Positions 28,742-39,240 of a stretch of 64,000 nt of DNA are shown here, piece by piece; within the stretch, counting starts at the first letter, position 1; each line of letters opens with the position of its first letter. The position numbers and the translations under genes were made by a program. The notes under the pieces were generated by a model. That model searched no databases. It worked only from the letters and a program-made list of their open reading frames with translations, and had not been told where the DNA came from. Source of the stretch: Escherichia phage DCP2. The stretch is taken from the sequence record OR780565.1. The stretch is one strand, 5' to 3'.

Positions 28742-29701
28742 ATGATTACTGTAAATGAAAAAGAACACATTCTTGAACAGAAATATCGTCCATCTACTAT
28801 CGATGAATGTATTCTTCCCGCCTTTGATAAAGAAACCTTTAAATCTATTACAAGTAAAGGTAAGATTCCACATATTATTCTTCATTCTCCTTCTCCAGGA
28901 ACAGGTAAAACAACCGTAGCAAAAGCATTGTGTCATGATGTAAATGCTGATATGATGTTTGTGAATGGGTCAGATTGTAAAATTGATTTCGTTCGCGGTC
29001 CTTTGACCAATTTTGCTAGTGCAGCTTCATTTGATGGTCGTCAAAAAGTAATTGTTATTGATGAATTTGACCGCTCAGGGTTAGCAGAGTCTCAGCGACA
29101 TCTTCGTTCCTTTATGGAAGCTTATAGTTCAAACTGTAGTATTATTATTACTGCTAACAATATTGATGGTATTATTAAACCGCTTCAGTCACGCTGCCGA
29201 GTTATTACGTTCGGTCAACCGACCGATGAAGATAAAATTGAAATGATGAAGCAGATGATTCGTCGATTGACTGAAATCTGTAAGCATGAAGGAATTGCTA
29301 TAGCTGATATGAAAGTTGTAGCAGCTTTGGTTAAAAAGAATTTTCCTGATTTTCGTAAAACTATTGGTGAGCTCGATAGTTATTCATCTAAAGGTGTTTT
29401 GGATGCTGGTATTTTATCACTGGTTACTAACGATCGTGGTGCTATTGATGATGTTCTTGAATCTCTCAAAAATAAAGATGTTAAACAGCTCAGAGCTTTA
29501 GCACCAAAATATGCAGCTGATTATTCGTGGTTCGTAGGTAAACTTGCCGAAGAAATTTATACACGCGTAACTCCGCAAAGTATTATTCGTATGTATGAAA
29601 TTGTTGGTGAAAATAACCAGTATCATGGAATTGCGGCTAATACGGAATTACATTTAGCATATCTTTTCATTCAATTGGCATGCGAAATGCAGTGGAAGTG
29701 A
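28742..29701 (+). CDS. 44: Clamp loader large subunit gp44
   Basis: 319 aa from ATG 28742 (tracked ORF starts at upstream TTG); Walker [11 protein letters not shown]. Confidence 0.95.
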   Translation: MITVNEKEHILEQKYRPSTIDECILPAFDKETFKSITSKGKIPHIILHSPSPGTGKTTVAKALCHDVNADMMFVNGSDCKIDFVRGPLTNFASAASFDGRQKVIVIDEFDRSGLAESQRHLRSFMEAYSSNCSIIITANNIDGIIKPLQSRCRVITFGQPTDEDKIEMMKQMIRRLTEICKHEGIAIADMKVVAALVKKNFPDFRKTIGELDSYSSKGVLDAGILSLVTNDRGAIDDVLESLKNKDVKQLRALAPKYAADYSWFVGKLAEEIYTRVTPQSIIRMYEIVGENNQYHGIAANTELHLAYLFIQLACEMQWK

Positions 29702-29702
29702 T

Positions 29703-30266
29703 ATGAGCTTATTTGAAGATGATATTCAATTAAACGAGCATCAAGTTGCTTGGTATTCAAAAGATTGGACAGCTGTCCAATCTGCTGCTGATTCTTTTAA
29801 AGAAAAAGCTGAAAATGAGTTTTTTGAAATAATTGGAGCTATTAATAATAAAACTAAATGCTCTATTGCTCAAAAAGATTATTCAAAATACATGGTTGAG
29901 AATGCATTATCACAATTTCCTGAGTGCATGCCAGCTGTATATGCTATGAATTTAATTGGATCAGGTTTAAGCGATGAAGCCCATTTTAATTATCTGATGG
30001 CTGCTGTTCCTCGTGGTAAAAGATATGGTAAATGGGCAAAACTGGTTGAAGATTCTACCGAAGTATTGATTATTAAGTTACTTGCTAAGCGGTATCAAGT
30101 TAATACAAATGATGCAATTAACTATAAATCAATTCTTACTAAAAATGGAAAACTTCCTTTAGTATTAAAAGAACTAAAAGGTTTAGTCACGGATGATTTT
30201 TTGAAAGAAGTGACTAAGAACGTAAAAGAACAGAAACAACTCAAAAAACTAGCATTGGAATGGTAA
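29703..30266 (+). CDS. 62: Clamp loader small subunit gp62
   Basis: 187 aa directly after gene 44. Confidence 0.9.
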   Translation: MSLFEDDIQLNEHQVAWYSKDWTAVQSAADSFKEKAENEFFEIIGAINNKTKCSIAQKDYSKYMVENALSQFPECMPAVYAMNLIGSGLSDEAHFNYLMAAVPRGKRYGKWAKLVEDSTEVLIIKLLAKRYQVNTNDAINYKSILTKNGKLPLVLKELKGLVTDDFLKEVTKNVKEQKQLKKLALEW

Positions 30267-30267
30267 A

Positions 30268-30636
30268 ATGATTGAAATTACTCTTAAAAAACCTGAAGAT
30301 TTTCTGAAAGTAAAAGAAACCTTGACTCGTATGGGAATTGCTAATAATAAAGATAAAGTTCTGTATCAGTCCTGCCACATTCTTCAGAAAAAAGGACTAT
30401 ACTATATCGTTCATTTTAAAGAAATGCTTCGTATGGATGGTCGCCAAGTTGAAATGACAGAAGAAGATGAAGTTCGTCGTGATTCAATTGCATGGCTGTT
30501 AGAAGATTGGGGACTGATTGAAATCGCTCCCGGTCAAAGAACTTTTATGAAAGATTTAACTAATAACTTCCGAGTTATTTCTTTTAAACAAAAACATGAA
30601 TGGAAACTCGTTCCTAAATATACGATTGGTAATTAA
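30268..30636 (+). CDS. regA: Translational repressor RegA
   Basis: 122 aa between 62 and 43. Confidence 0.9.
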   Translation: MIEITLKKPEDFLKVKETLTRMGIANNKDKVLYQSCHILQKKGLYYIVHFKEMLRMDGRQVEMTEEDEVRRDSIAWLLEDWGLIEIAPGQRTFMKDLTNNFRVISFKQKHEWKLVPKYTIGN

Positions 30637-30640
30637 GCAA

Positions 30641-30660
30641 GGGGCTTCGGCCCCTTATTT
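30641..30660 (+). terminator. Hairpin
   Basis: ggggcttcggcccc then ttattt. Confidence 0.65.
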
Positions 30661-30714
30661 GGAGTATAATATATCAAGAGCCTAATAACTCGGGCTATAA
30701 ACTAAGGAATATCT

Positions 30715-33411
30715 ATGAAAGAATTTTATATCTCTATTGAAACAGTCGGAAATAGCATTGTTGAACGTTATATTGATGAAAATGGAAAGGAACGTACTCG
30801 CGAAGTAGAATATCTTCCGACTATGTTTAGACATTGTAAGGAAGAATCAAAATACAAAGACATTTACGGTAAAAACTGCGCTCCTCAAAAATTTCCATCA
30901 ATGAAAGATGCACGAGATTGGATGAAGCGAATGGAAGACATCGGTCTCGAAGCTCTTGGTATGAACGATTTTAAACTCGCTTATATCAGTGATACATATG
31001 GTTCAGAAATTGTTTATGACCGAAAATTTGTTCGTGTAGCTAACTGTGACATTGAGGTTACTGGCGATAAATTTCCTGACCCAATGAAAGCAGAATATGA
31101 AATTGATGCTATCACTCATTATGATTCAATTGACGACCGTTTTTACGTATTTGATTTGTTGAATTCAATGTACGGTTCAGTATCAAAATGGGATGCAAAG
31201 TTAGCTGCTAAGCTTGACTGTGAAGGTGGTGATGAAGTTCCTCAAGAAATTCTTGACCGAGTAATTTATATGCCATTCGATAATGAGCGTGATATGCTCA
31301 TGGAATATATTAATCTCTGGGAACAGAAACGACCTGCTATTTTTACTGGTTGGAATATTGAGGGATTTGACGTTCCGTATATCATGAATCGTGTTAAAAT
31401 GGTTCTCGGTGAACGTAGTATGAAACGCTTCTCTCCAATCGGTCGAGTAAAATCTAAACTAATTCAAAATATGTACGGTAGCAAAGAAATTTATTCTATT
31501 GATGGCGTATCTATTCTTGATTATTTAGATTTGTACAAAAAATTCGCATTTACTAATTTGCCATCATTCTCTTTGGAATCAGTTGCTCAGCACGAAACCA
31601 AAAAAGGTAAATTGCCGTACGATGGTCCTATTAATAAACTTCGTGAGACTAATCATCAACGATACATTAGTTATAACATCATTGACGTAGAATCAGTTCA
31701 AGCAATTGATAAAATTCGTGGGTTTATCGATCTAGTTTTAAGTATGTCTTATTACGCTAAAATGCCTTTTTCTGGTGTAATGAGTCCTATTAAAACTTGG
31801 GATGCTATTATTTTTAACTCACTGAAAGGTGAACATAAGGTTATTCCTCAACAAGGTTCGCACGTTAAACAGAGTTTTCCAGGTGCATTTGTATTTGAAC
31901 CTAAACCGATTGCTCGTCGATACATTATGAGTTTTGACTTGACGTCTCTGTATCCTAGCATTATTCGTCAGGTTAACATTAGTCCTGAGACTATTCGTGG
32001 ACAGTTTAAAGTTCATCCAATTCATGAATATATCGCAGGAACAGCTCCTAAGCCAAGTGATGAATATTCTTGTTCTCCGAATGGATGGATGTATGATAAG
32101 CATCAAGAAGGTATCATTCCAAAGGAAATCGCTAAAGTATTTTTCCAACGTAAAGATTGGAAAAAGAAAATGTTCGCTGAAGAAATGAATGCCGAAGCTA
32201 TTAAAAAGATTATTATGAAAGGTGCAGGGTCTTGTTCAACTAAACCAGAAGTTGAACGATATGTTAAGTTCAATGATGATTTCTTAAACGAATTATCGAA
32301 TTACACTGAATCTGTTCTTAATAGTCTGATCGAAGAATGTGAAAAAGCAGCTACACTTGCTAACACAAATCAGCTGAACCGTAAAATTCTTATTAACAGT
32401 CTTTATGGTGCTCTTGGTAATATTCATTTCCGTTACTATGATTTGCGAAATGCTACTGCTATCACAATTTTCGGTCAAGTTGGTATTCAGTGGATTGCTC
32501 GTAAAATTAATGAATATCTGAATAAAGTATGTGGAACTGATGGTGAAGATTTCATCGCAGCAGGTGATACTGATTCGGTATATGTTTGTGTAGATAAAGT
32601 AATTGAAAAAGTAGGTCTTGACCGCTTTAAAGAACAAAATGATTTAGTTGAATTCATGAATCAGTTCGGTAAGAAAAAGATGGAACCTATGATTGATGTT
32701 GCATATCGTGAGTTATGTGATTATATGAATAACCGCGAGCATCTGATGCATATGGACCGTGAAGCTATTTCTTGTCCTCCGCTTGGTTCAAAGGGTGTTG
32801 GTGGATTTTGGAAAGCGAAAAAACGTTATGCTCTGAACGTTTATGATATGGAAGATAAGCGATTTGCTGAACCGCATCTAAAAATCATGGGTATGGAAAC
32901 TCAGCAGAGCTCAACACCAAAAGCAGTACAAGAAGCTCTCGAAGAAAGTATTCGTCGTATTCTTCAGGAAGGCGAAGAGTCTGTTCAAGAATACTACAAG
33001 AACTTTGAAAAAGAATATCGTCAGCTTGACTATAAAGTTATTGCTGAAGTAAAAACCGCGAACGATATAGCTAAATATGATGATAAAGGTTGGCCAGGAT
33101 TTAAATGCCCGTTCCACATTCGTGGTGTGCTAACTTATCGTCGAGCTGTGAATGGTTTAGGTGTAGCTCCAATTTTGGATGGAAATAAGGTAATGGTTCT
33201 TCCATTACGTGAGGGAAATCCATTTGGTGATAAGTGCATTGCTTGGCCATCGGGTACGGAACTTCCAAAAGAAATTCGTTCTGATGTACTGTCTTGGATT
33301 GACTACTCAACTTTGTTCCAAAAATCGTTTGTTAAACCGCTTGCGGGTATGTGTGAATCGGCAGGTATGGACTATGAGGAAAAAGCTTCGTTAGACTTCC
33401 TGTTTGGCTGA
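30715..33411 (+). CDS. 43: DNA polymerase gp43 (family B)
   Basis: 898 aa; exonuclease DIE motif and polymerase DTDS motif. Confidence 0.97.
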   Translation: MKEFYISIETVGNSIVERYIDENGKERTREVEYLPTMFRHCKEESKYKDIYGKNCAPQKFPSMKDARDWMKRMEDIGLEALGMNDFKLAYISDTYGSEIVYDRKFVRVANCDIEVTGDKFPDPMKAEYEIDAITHYDSIDDRFYVFDLLNSMYGSVSKWDAKLAAKLDCEGGDEVPQEILDRVIYMPFDNERDMLMEYINLWEQKRPAIFTGWNIEGFDVPYIMNRVKMVLGERSMKRFSPIGRVKSKLIQNMYGSKEIYSIDGVSILDYLDLYKKFAFTNLPSFSLESVAQHETKKGKLPYDGPINKLRETNHQRYISYNIIDVESVQAIDKIRGFIDLVLSMSYYAKMPFSGVMSPIKTWDAIIFNSLKGEHKVIPQQGSHVKQSFPGAFVFEPKPIARRYIMSFDLTSLYPSIIRQVNISPETIRGQFKVHPIHEYIAGTAPKPSDEYSCSPNGWMYDKHQEGIIPKEIAKVFFQRKDWKKKMFAEEMNAEAIKKIIMKGAGSCSTKPEVERYVKFNDDFLNELSNYTESVLNSLIEECEKAATLANTNQLNRKILINSLYGALGNIHFRYYDLRNATAITIFGQVGIQWIARKINEYLNKVCGTDGEDFIAAGDTDSVYVCVDKVIEKVGLDRFKEQNDLVEFMNQFGKKKMEPMIDVAYRELCDYMNNREHLMHMDREAISCPPLGSKGVGGFWKAKKRYALNVYDMEDKRFAEPHLKIMGMETQQSSTPKAVQEALEESIRRILQEGEESVQEYYKNFEKEYRQLDYKVIAEVKTANDIAKYDDKGWPGFKCPFHIRGVLTYRRAVNGLGVAPILDGNKVMVLPLREGNPFGDKCIAWPSGTELPKEIRSDVLSWIDYSTLFQKSFVKPLAGMCESAGMDYEEKASLDFLFG

Positions 33412-33424
33412 TAGAATAAATCTA

Positions 33425-33445
33425 GGGACCTCCGGGTCCCTTTTT
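33425..33445 (+). terminator. Hairpin terminator
   Basis: gggacctccgggtccc followed by ttttt. Confidence 0.75.
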
Positions 33446-33528
33446 CATACAAGTAATATAAATCTATACTTAGGAAAAATAGATGATTCTAGGTCCTGTA
33501 AATTCATTAAAAATTTTTTCACAAAACT

Positions 33529-33561
33529 GTTTACATCCCCGTTCTTCCATGGTACTATACA
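33529..33561 (+). promoter_or_regulatory. T4-type early promoter
   Basis: GTTTAC then ccatggtactatacaact. Confidence 0.65.
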
Positions 33562-33592
33562 ACTATCAACTGATACGGATTTGGAGAATGAA

Positions 33593-33973
33593 ATGAAAAT
33601 CGCTATTTTGGTTATTGCATTGGGTCTTACTGGTTGTGTAGCTCAAGGACCGGTAGTAAATCAATCTGATGTAGGAAAAATTGTAAACTGTTCAAGCAAA
33701 TTTTATAATCCTAATGTTAAGTGTTATAAAGAAGCTCCAAAACAGACAGTAGAACAAATGCAGGCGAATTTTGACGAAGCTATTCGTCCAGATGAATCTG
33801 CTCAAGCATATCGTAATTCAGATGTGATTACACGTGAAGAAAAAATTGAAAGTTACTGTGCCGAACTTTGGGCTAATTGGGCTAATAATTATCAATGGCG
33901 TACTGGTAAAAATGCTCCGATGGAGTATGTAGTAAATTCTTATAATTCATGCGTAAAAAATTTGACTAAGTGA
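33593..33973 (+). CDS. Lipoprotein, 126 aa
   Basis: First ATG after the promoter; signal peptide with lipobox LTGC. Confidence 0.6.
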   Translation: MKIAILVIALGLTGCVAQGPVVNQSDVGKIVNCSSKFYNPNVKCYKEAPKQTVEQMQANFDEAIRPDESAQAYRNSDVITREEKIESYCAELWANWANNYQWRTGKNAPMEYVVNSYNSCVKNLTK

Positions 33974-33980
33974 GGAAAAC

Positions 33981-34232
33981 ATGGAAACTTTAGTAGCAGG
34001 TTCAATTTTTATGGTTTTAGTTTCAGGTGTGTTGGCTATTATTATATACATGCTCCCATGGTTCATCGCCTTGATGCGTGGGTCAAAATCGACAGTAGGA
34101 ATCTTTTTTACATCTTTACTGTTTAACTGGTCAATCATTGGTTGGTTTATTACATTTATTTGGTCAATTGCGGGTGAAACCAAAAAGTCTGCACAGCCAA
34201 ATCAAGTAATTATCATCAGAGAGAAGGAATGA
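33981..34232 (+). CDS. imm: Immunity protein Imm (superinfection exclusion, membrane)
   Basis: 83 aa with two TM segments; matches T4 Imm as recalled. Confidence 0.9.
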   Translation: METLVAGSIFMVLVSGVLAIIIYMLPWFIALMRGSKSTVGIFFTSLLFNWSIIGWFITFIWSIAGETKKSAQPNQVIIIREKE

Positions 34233-34378
34233 AAAGCAAAATTATAGCAGTGTTGCTTTTAATCTTGATGATTATAATAAGTATATACTATAGTGTAACG
34301 GTTCCTCTTATGATTCCAACTATTATTTTAGGTTGGGGTTTATTACTGTTACAAGTTAAATATGAATGTATCAATTGA
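34229..34378 (+). CDS. Small hydrophobic protein, 49 aa
   Basis: ATGA overlap with imm stop; almost entirely hydrophobic. Confidence 0.35.
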   Translation: MKSKIIAVLLLILMIIISIYYSVTVPLMIPTIILGWGLLLLQVKYECIN

Positions 34379-34385
34379 GGTTTAA

Positions 34386-35126
34386 ATGATTAGTGACTCT
34401 ATGACAGTTGAAGAAATCCGTCTTCATTTGGGGCTTGCATTAAAAGAAAAAGATTTCGTAGTTGATAAAACCGGGGTTAAAACTATTGAAATTATTGGCG
34501 CATCATTTGTAGCAGATGAACCGTTTATTTTTGGCGCTCTTAATGATGAATACATTCAACGTGAACTTGAATGGTATAAGTCTCAAAGTCTGTTTGTTAA
34601 AGATATTCCAGGCGAAACGCCAAAGATTTGGCAACAGGTAGCATCTTCTAAAGGTGAAATTAACTCGAATTATGGTTGGGCTATCTGGTCAGAAGATAAC
34701 TATGCCCAGTATGATATGTGTTTAGCTGAACTTGGTCAAAATCCTGATTCTCGCCGCGGTATCATGATTTATACTCGTCCATCCATGCAGTTTGACTACA
34801 ACAAAGATGGTATGTCAGATTTCATGTGTACGAATACAGTACAGTACCTGATTCGTGATAAGAAAGTCAATGCAGTAGTAAGCATGCGTTCAAATGACGT
34901 GGTCTTTGGATTCCGTAATGATTATGCATGGCAAAAATACGTACTAGATAAATTAGTATCTGATTTGAATGCAGGTGATTCAACTCGTCAGTATAAAGCA
35001 GGTTCCATTATATGGAATGTCGGGAGCCTTCATGTGTATTCCCGTCATTTTTATTTGGTTGACCATTGGTGGAAAACTGGCGAAACTCATATTGCGAAAA
35101 AAGATTATAACGGTGAGTGGAAATGA
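34386..35126 (+). CDS. 42: dCMP hydroxymethylase gp42
   Basis: 246 aa; thymidylate-synthase-like; matches T4 gp42 as recalled. Confidence 0.95.
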   Translation: MISDSMTVEEIRLHLGLALKEKDFVVDKTGVKTIEIIGASFVADEPFIFGALNDEYIQRELEWYKSQSLFVKDIPGETPKIWQQVASSKGEINSNYGWAIWSEDNYAQYDMCLAELGQNPDSRRGIMIYTRPSMQFDYNKDGMSDFMCTNTVQYLIRDKKVNAVVSMRSNDVVFGFRNDYAWQKYVLDKLVSDLNAGDSTRQYKAGSIIWNVGSLHVYSRHFYLVDHWWKTGETHIAKKDYNGEWK

Positions 35127-35965
35127 TTCAATTCGTAATTCCAAGTTATCAACGCGTAGGGGCAGTTTCTGCCCTTGATATGTTTCCGACTGATTATGAA
35201 CCTCATATTGTAGTACGTGAACACGAAGAAAAAGCTTATTATGACGCTTACGGGTCTAGAGCTAAAATTGTAGTTATTCCCGATGATGTAAATGGAATTG
35301 CTGGAACTCGTAAAGCAATTACTGATATGTATGCAGGTCAGCGAATTTGGATGATTGATGATGATACTACTATTCGTATGAGTTCAATGCGAAAGAAAGA
35401 TGATCGTCGCTGCGTAGATAAAATTAATCAGTTAACTCGTGAACAGTTCTATGAATTGATTCAATACGTTGAAGATGCCATGGATTGCGGGTATTATCAT
35501 GGTCATGCTCGTTTACCTATTTTTAAAATTACTTCATCTTGGGGTAATTATCGTGAAAATTCATATGGATTCACGAATACATGGTATGACCTTGGAAAAC
35601 TTACAACAGAACAAATTGGGTATGGAAAAATTGATTTATGCGAAGATATGTATGCATTTCTCAATTTAATTAATCAAGGTTATCCGCATTTGGCCTTGTT
35701 CAAATATCTGGTTGTATCCGGAAAAGCACAAGCTCCTGGCGGATGCAGCTCAATTCGTAGTAATTCTAAACATAATAGAGCTCTTGAGCAAATCAATAAA
35801 GAGTTTCCAGAGCAAGCTCGTTGGAAAACTTCTAATATTGAAAAACGAAAATCATTAGGTGAAGAAGACGAGCCATTAAAGGTTCTTCGCATGTGTGTTT
35901 CACGCAAAGAAAAGTCAGAAGCATTTCATAAGTTTAATGCTATTCATCCAATAGCAGTTGATTAA
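35123..35965 (+). CDS. Putative glycosyltransferase in the beta-gt position, 280 aa
   Basis: ATGA coupling to gene 42; DxD-like WMIDDDTT; does not resemble T4 beta-gt as recalled. Confidence 0.65.
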   Translation: MIQFVIPSYQRVGAVSALDMFPTDYEPHIVVREHEEKAYYDAYGSRAKIVVIPDDVNGIAGTRKAITDMYAGQRIWMIDDDTTIRMSSMRKKDDRRCVDKINQLTREQFYELIQYVEDAMDCGYYHGHARLPIFKITSSWGNYRENSYGFTNTWYDLGKLTTEQIGYGKIDLCEDMYAFLNLINQGYPHLALFKYLVVSGKAQAPGGCSSIRSNSKHNRALEQINKEFPEQARWKTSNIEKRKSLGEEDEPLKVLRMCVSRKEKSEAFHKFNAIHPIAVD

Positions 35966-36042
35966 TGCCTAAATTTATTGTGTTATAATTACCCTATCTT
36001 TAACCAGTGAGGAAAATATAATGATGCCTATGGAAAAAATGA

Positions 36043-37224
36043 ATGTCTATTGCAGATTTAAAATCCCGTTTGATTAAAGCTTCCACTTCTAAAATGACTG
36101 CTGAACTGACTACATCTAAATTCTTTAATGAAAAGGATGTAATTCGTACAAAAATTCCAATGCTCAATATCGCTATTTCTGGTGCGATTGATGGTGGAAT
36201 GCAGTCTGGTTTAACTATTTTCGCAGGTCCTTCTAAACACTTTAAATCAAATATGTCTTTGACTATGGTTGCGGCGTATTTGAACAAATATCCTGATGCG
36301 GTTTGTTTATTCTATGATAGCGAATTTGGTATTACTCCAGCTTATTTGCGATCAATGGGAGTTGACCCGGAACGAGTAATTCATACACCAATCCAGTCAG
36401 TTGAACAACTGAAAATTGATATGGTGAATCAGCTTGAAGCTATTGAGCGCGGTGAAAAGGTTATTGTATTCATCGACTCAATCGGTAATATGGCCTCTAA
36501 GAAAGAAACGGAAGATGCCTTGAATGAAAAATCTGTGGCAGATATGACTCGTGCTAAATCACTGAAGTCATTATTCCGTATTGTTACTCCTTATTTTAGT
36601 ATTAAAAACATTCCATGTGTTGCGGTTAACCATACAATTGAAACAATTGAAATGTTTAGTAAAACCGTGATGACAGGTGGTACAGGCGTAATGTATTCGG
36701 CTGATACTGTATTCATTATCGGTAAGCGTCAGATTAAAGATGGTTCTGATCTTCAGGGGTATCAATTTGTTCTAAATGTAGAAAAATCTCGTACCGTTAA
36801 AGAAAAAAGTAAATTCTTTATTGATGTTAAATTTGACGGTGGTATCGATCCTTATTCTGGATTGTTAGATATGGCTCTTGAATTAGGATTTGTAGTAAAA
36901 CCTAAAAATGGCTGGTATGCTCGTGAATTTCTTGATGAAGAAACCGGCGAGATGATTCGCGAAGAAAAATCTTGGCGTGCAAAAGATACCAATTGCACTA
37001 CATTCTGGGGTCCTTTATTTAAGCATCAACCATTCCGAGATGCTATTAAACGCGCTTATCAGTTAGGTGCTATTGATAGTAATGAAATTGTTGAAGCTGA
37101 AGTTGATGAATTGATTAACTCAAAGGTTGAAAAATTTAAATCTCCAGAAAGTAAAAGTAAATCAGCAGCTGATTTAGAAACTGACCTAGATCAGTTAAGT
37201 GATATGGAAGAATTTAATGAATAA
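36043..37224 (+). CDS. uvsX: Recombinase UvsX (RecA-like)
   Basis: 393 aa; Walker A GPSKHFKS; near-identical to T4 UvsX apart from the N-terminus. Confidence 0.95.
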   Translation: MSIADLKSRLIKASTSKMTAELTTSKFFNEKDVIRTKIPMLNIAISGAIDGGMQSGLTIFAGPSKHFKSNMSLTMVAAYLNKYPDAVCLFYDSEFGITPAYLRSMGVDPERVIHTPIQSVEQLKIDMVNQLEAIERGEKVIVFIDSIGNMASKKETEDALNEKSVADMTRAKSLKSLFRIVTPYFSIKNIPCVAVNHTIETIEMFSKTVMTGGTGVMYSADTVFIIGKRQIKDGSDLQGYQFVLNVEKSRTVKEKSKFFIDVKFDGGIDPYSGLLDMALELGFVVKPKNGWYAREFLDEETGEMIREEKSWRAKDTNCTTFWGPLFKHQPFRDAIKRAYQLGAIDSNEIVEAEVDELINSKVEKFKSPESKSKSAADLETDLDQLSDMEEFNE

Positions 37225-37561
37225 AGATGATTTAGATTTAGATCTAGAAATTATCGACGAATCCCCCTCTTCGGAGGGGGAAGAAGAAAGAAAAGAACGT
37301 CTTTTTAATGAATCCCTTAAGATAATTAAATCTGCCATGGAAAATGTTATCCAGGAGATTGTCATTAAACTAGAAGATGGTTCTACACACATTGTGTATG
37401 TGACAAAATTAGATTGGGTTGATGGAAAAGTCGTAATGGACTTTGCTGTTCTTGACCAAGAAAGAAAAGCTGAGTTAGCTCCTCATGTAGAAAAATGTAT
37501 TACAATGCAACTACAAGATGCATTTAATAAAAGGTCAAAGAAAAAATTTAAATTCTTTTAA
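37217..37561 (+). CDS. 40: Head vertex assembly chaperone gp40
   Basis: 114 aa from ATG overlapping the uvsX 3' end; position between uvsX and 41. Confidence 0.75.
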   Translation: MNKDDLDLDLEIIDESPSSEGEEERKERLFNESLKIIKSAMENVIQEIVIKLEDGSTHIVYVTKLDWVDGKVVMDFAVLDQERKAELAPHVEKCITMQLQDAFNKRSKKKFKFF

Positions 37562-37570
37562 GGAGTAAGT

Positions 37571-38998
37571 GTGGTAGAAATTATTCTTTCTCATCTCATA
37601 TTTGATCAAGCTTATTTTTCAAAAGTTTGGCCATATATGGATTCAGAATATTTTGAAAGTGGTCCAGCTAAAAATACATTCAAATTAATTAAATCTCATG
37701 TTAATGAGTACCATAGCGTTCCATCTATTAATGCGTTAAATGTTGCATTAGAAAATAGTTCATTTACTGAAACAGAATATTCTGGTGTAAAAACACTTAT
37801 TTCAAAACTAGCTGATTCTCCAGAAGACCACAGCTGGTTAGTAAAAGAAACAGAAAAATATGTTCAGCAAAGGGCGATGTTTAACGCCACATCTAAAATA
37901 ATTGAAATTCAAACCAATGCTGAGCTTCCTCCAGAAAAACGAAATAAGAAAATGCCGGATGTAGGTGCTATTCCTGACATTATGCGCCAAGCATTATCAA
38001 TTTCATTTGATAGCTACGTTGGCCATGATTGGATGGATGACTATGAAGCACGTTGGCTATCTTATATGAATAAAGCTCGTAAGGTTCCATTTAAACTCAA
38101 AATTCTAAATAAAATTACTAAAGGCGGAGCTGAAACTGGAACACTGAATGTTTTAATGGCTGGTGTTAACGTCGGTAAGTCATTAGGTCTGTGTTCATTG
38201 GCAGCAGATTATTTGCAGCTCGGACATAATGTTCTTTACATTTCCATGGAAATGGCAGAAGAAGTCTGTGCTAAGCGTATTGACGCTAACATGCTCGATG
38301 TTTCTCTTGATGACATTGATGACGGGCATATTTCTTACGCTGAGTATAAAGGAAAAATGGAAAAATGGCGTGAGAAATCTACTCTTGGCCGTTTAATCGT
38401 TAAACAGTATCCTACTGGTGGAGCAGACGCTAATACATTTCGATCGCTTTTAAACGAATTAAAGCTCAAGAAGAATTTTGTTCCAACAATCATTATTGTC
38501 GACTATCTAGGTATTTGTAAATCTTGTCGCATCAGAGTTTACTCAGAAAATAGTTACACAACTGTTAAAGCTATCGCAGAGGAATTGCGTGCTCTAGCTG
38601 TTGAAACCGAAACTGTTCTTTGGACTGCAGCACAGGTTGGTAAGCAAGCTTGGGATTCTTCTGATGTTAACATGAGCGATATTGCAGAATCTGCCGGTCT
38701 TCCAGCAACAGCCGATTTTATGCTTGCGGTCATTGAAACCGAGGAGTTAGCAGCGGCTGAACAGCAACTCATTAAGCAAATCAAATCACGATACGGTGAT
38801 AAGAATAAATGGAATAAGTTTTTGATGGGTGTTCAAAAAGGAAATCAGAAATGGGTAGAAATTGAACAAGATTCTACTCCAACTGAAGTGAACGAAGTAG
38901 CAGGTTCACAACAGATACAAGCTGAACAGAATCGCTATCAAAGAAATGAATCTACTCGAGCCCAGTTAGATGCTTTAGCAAACGAATTAAAATTTTAG
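37571..38998 (+). CDS. 41: Replicative helicase gp41 (DnaB-like)
   Basis: 475 aa; Walker A GVNVGKS; GTG start 6 nt after SD aaggag. Confidence 0.95.
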   Translation: MVEIILSHLIFDQAYFSKVWPYMDSEYFESGPAKNTFKLIKSHVNEYHSVPSINALNVALENSSFTETEYSGVKTLISKLADSPEDHSWLVKETEKYVQQRAMFNATSKIIEIQTNAELPPEKRNKKMPDVGAIPDIMRQALSISFDSYVGHDWMDDYEARWLSYMNKARKVPFKLKILNKITKGGAETGTLNVLMAGVNVGKSLGLCSLAADYLQLGHNVLYISMEMAEEVCAKRIDANMLDVSLDDIDDGHISYAEYKGKMEKWREKSTLGRLIVKQYPTGGADANTFRSLLNELKLKKNFVPTIIIVDYLGICKSCRIRVYSENSYTTVKAIAEELRALAVETETVLWTAAQVGKQAWDSSDVNMSDIAESAGLPATADFMLAVIETEELAAAEQQLIKQIKSRYGDKNKWNKFLMGVQKGNQKWVEIEQDSTPTEVNEVAGSQQIQAEQNRYQRNESTRAQLDALANELKF

Positions 38999-39031
38999 TT
39001 TACAAGCTGACAAGACTATGGTATAGTAGTC
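38998..39031 (+). promoter_or_regulatory. T4-type early promoter with inverted repeat
   Basis: GTTTAC then ctatggtatagtag; arms acaagacta / tagtcttgt. Confidence 0.6.
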
Positions 39032-39056
39032 TTGTTGGTTAAATGAGGAGATTGTT

Positions 39057-39239
39057 ATGGAATTGGTAAAGGTAGTTTTTATGGGGTGGTTTAAGAATGA
39101 AAGCATGTTTACTAAAGAAATCACAATGATGAAAGACGACGTTCAATGGGCTACTACTCAATATGCTGAAGTTAATAAAGCATTAGTTAAAGCTTTCATT
39201 GATGACAAGAAAGTATGCGAAGTGGATTGCCGAGGATAA
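39057..39239 (+). CDS. dmd: Dmd, discriminator of mRNA degradation (antitoxin against RnlA/LsoA)
   Basis: 60 aa; position next to gene 41 and sequence as recalled for T4 Dmd. Confidence 0.8.
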   Translation: MELVKVVFMGWFKNESMFTKEITMMKDDVQWATTQYAEVNKALVKAFIDDKKVCEVDCRG

Positions 39240-39240
39240 T

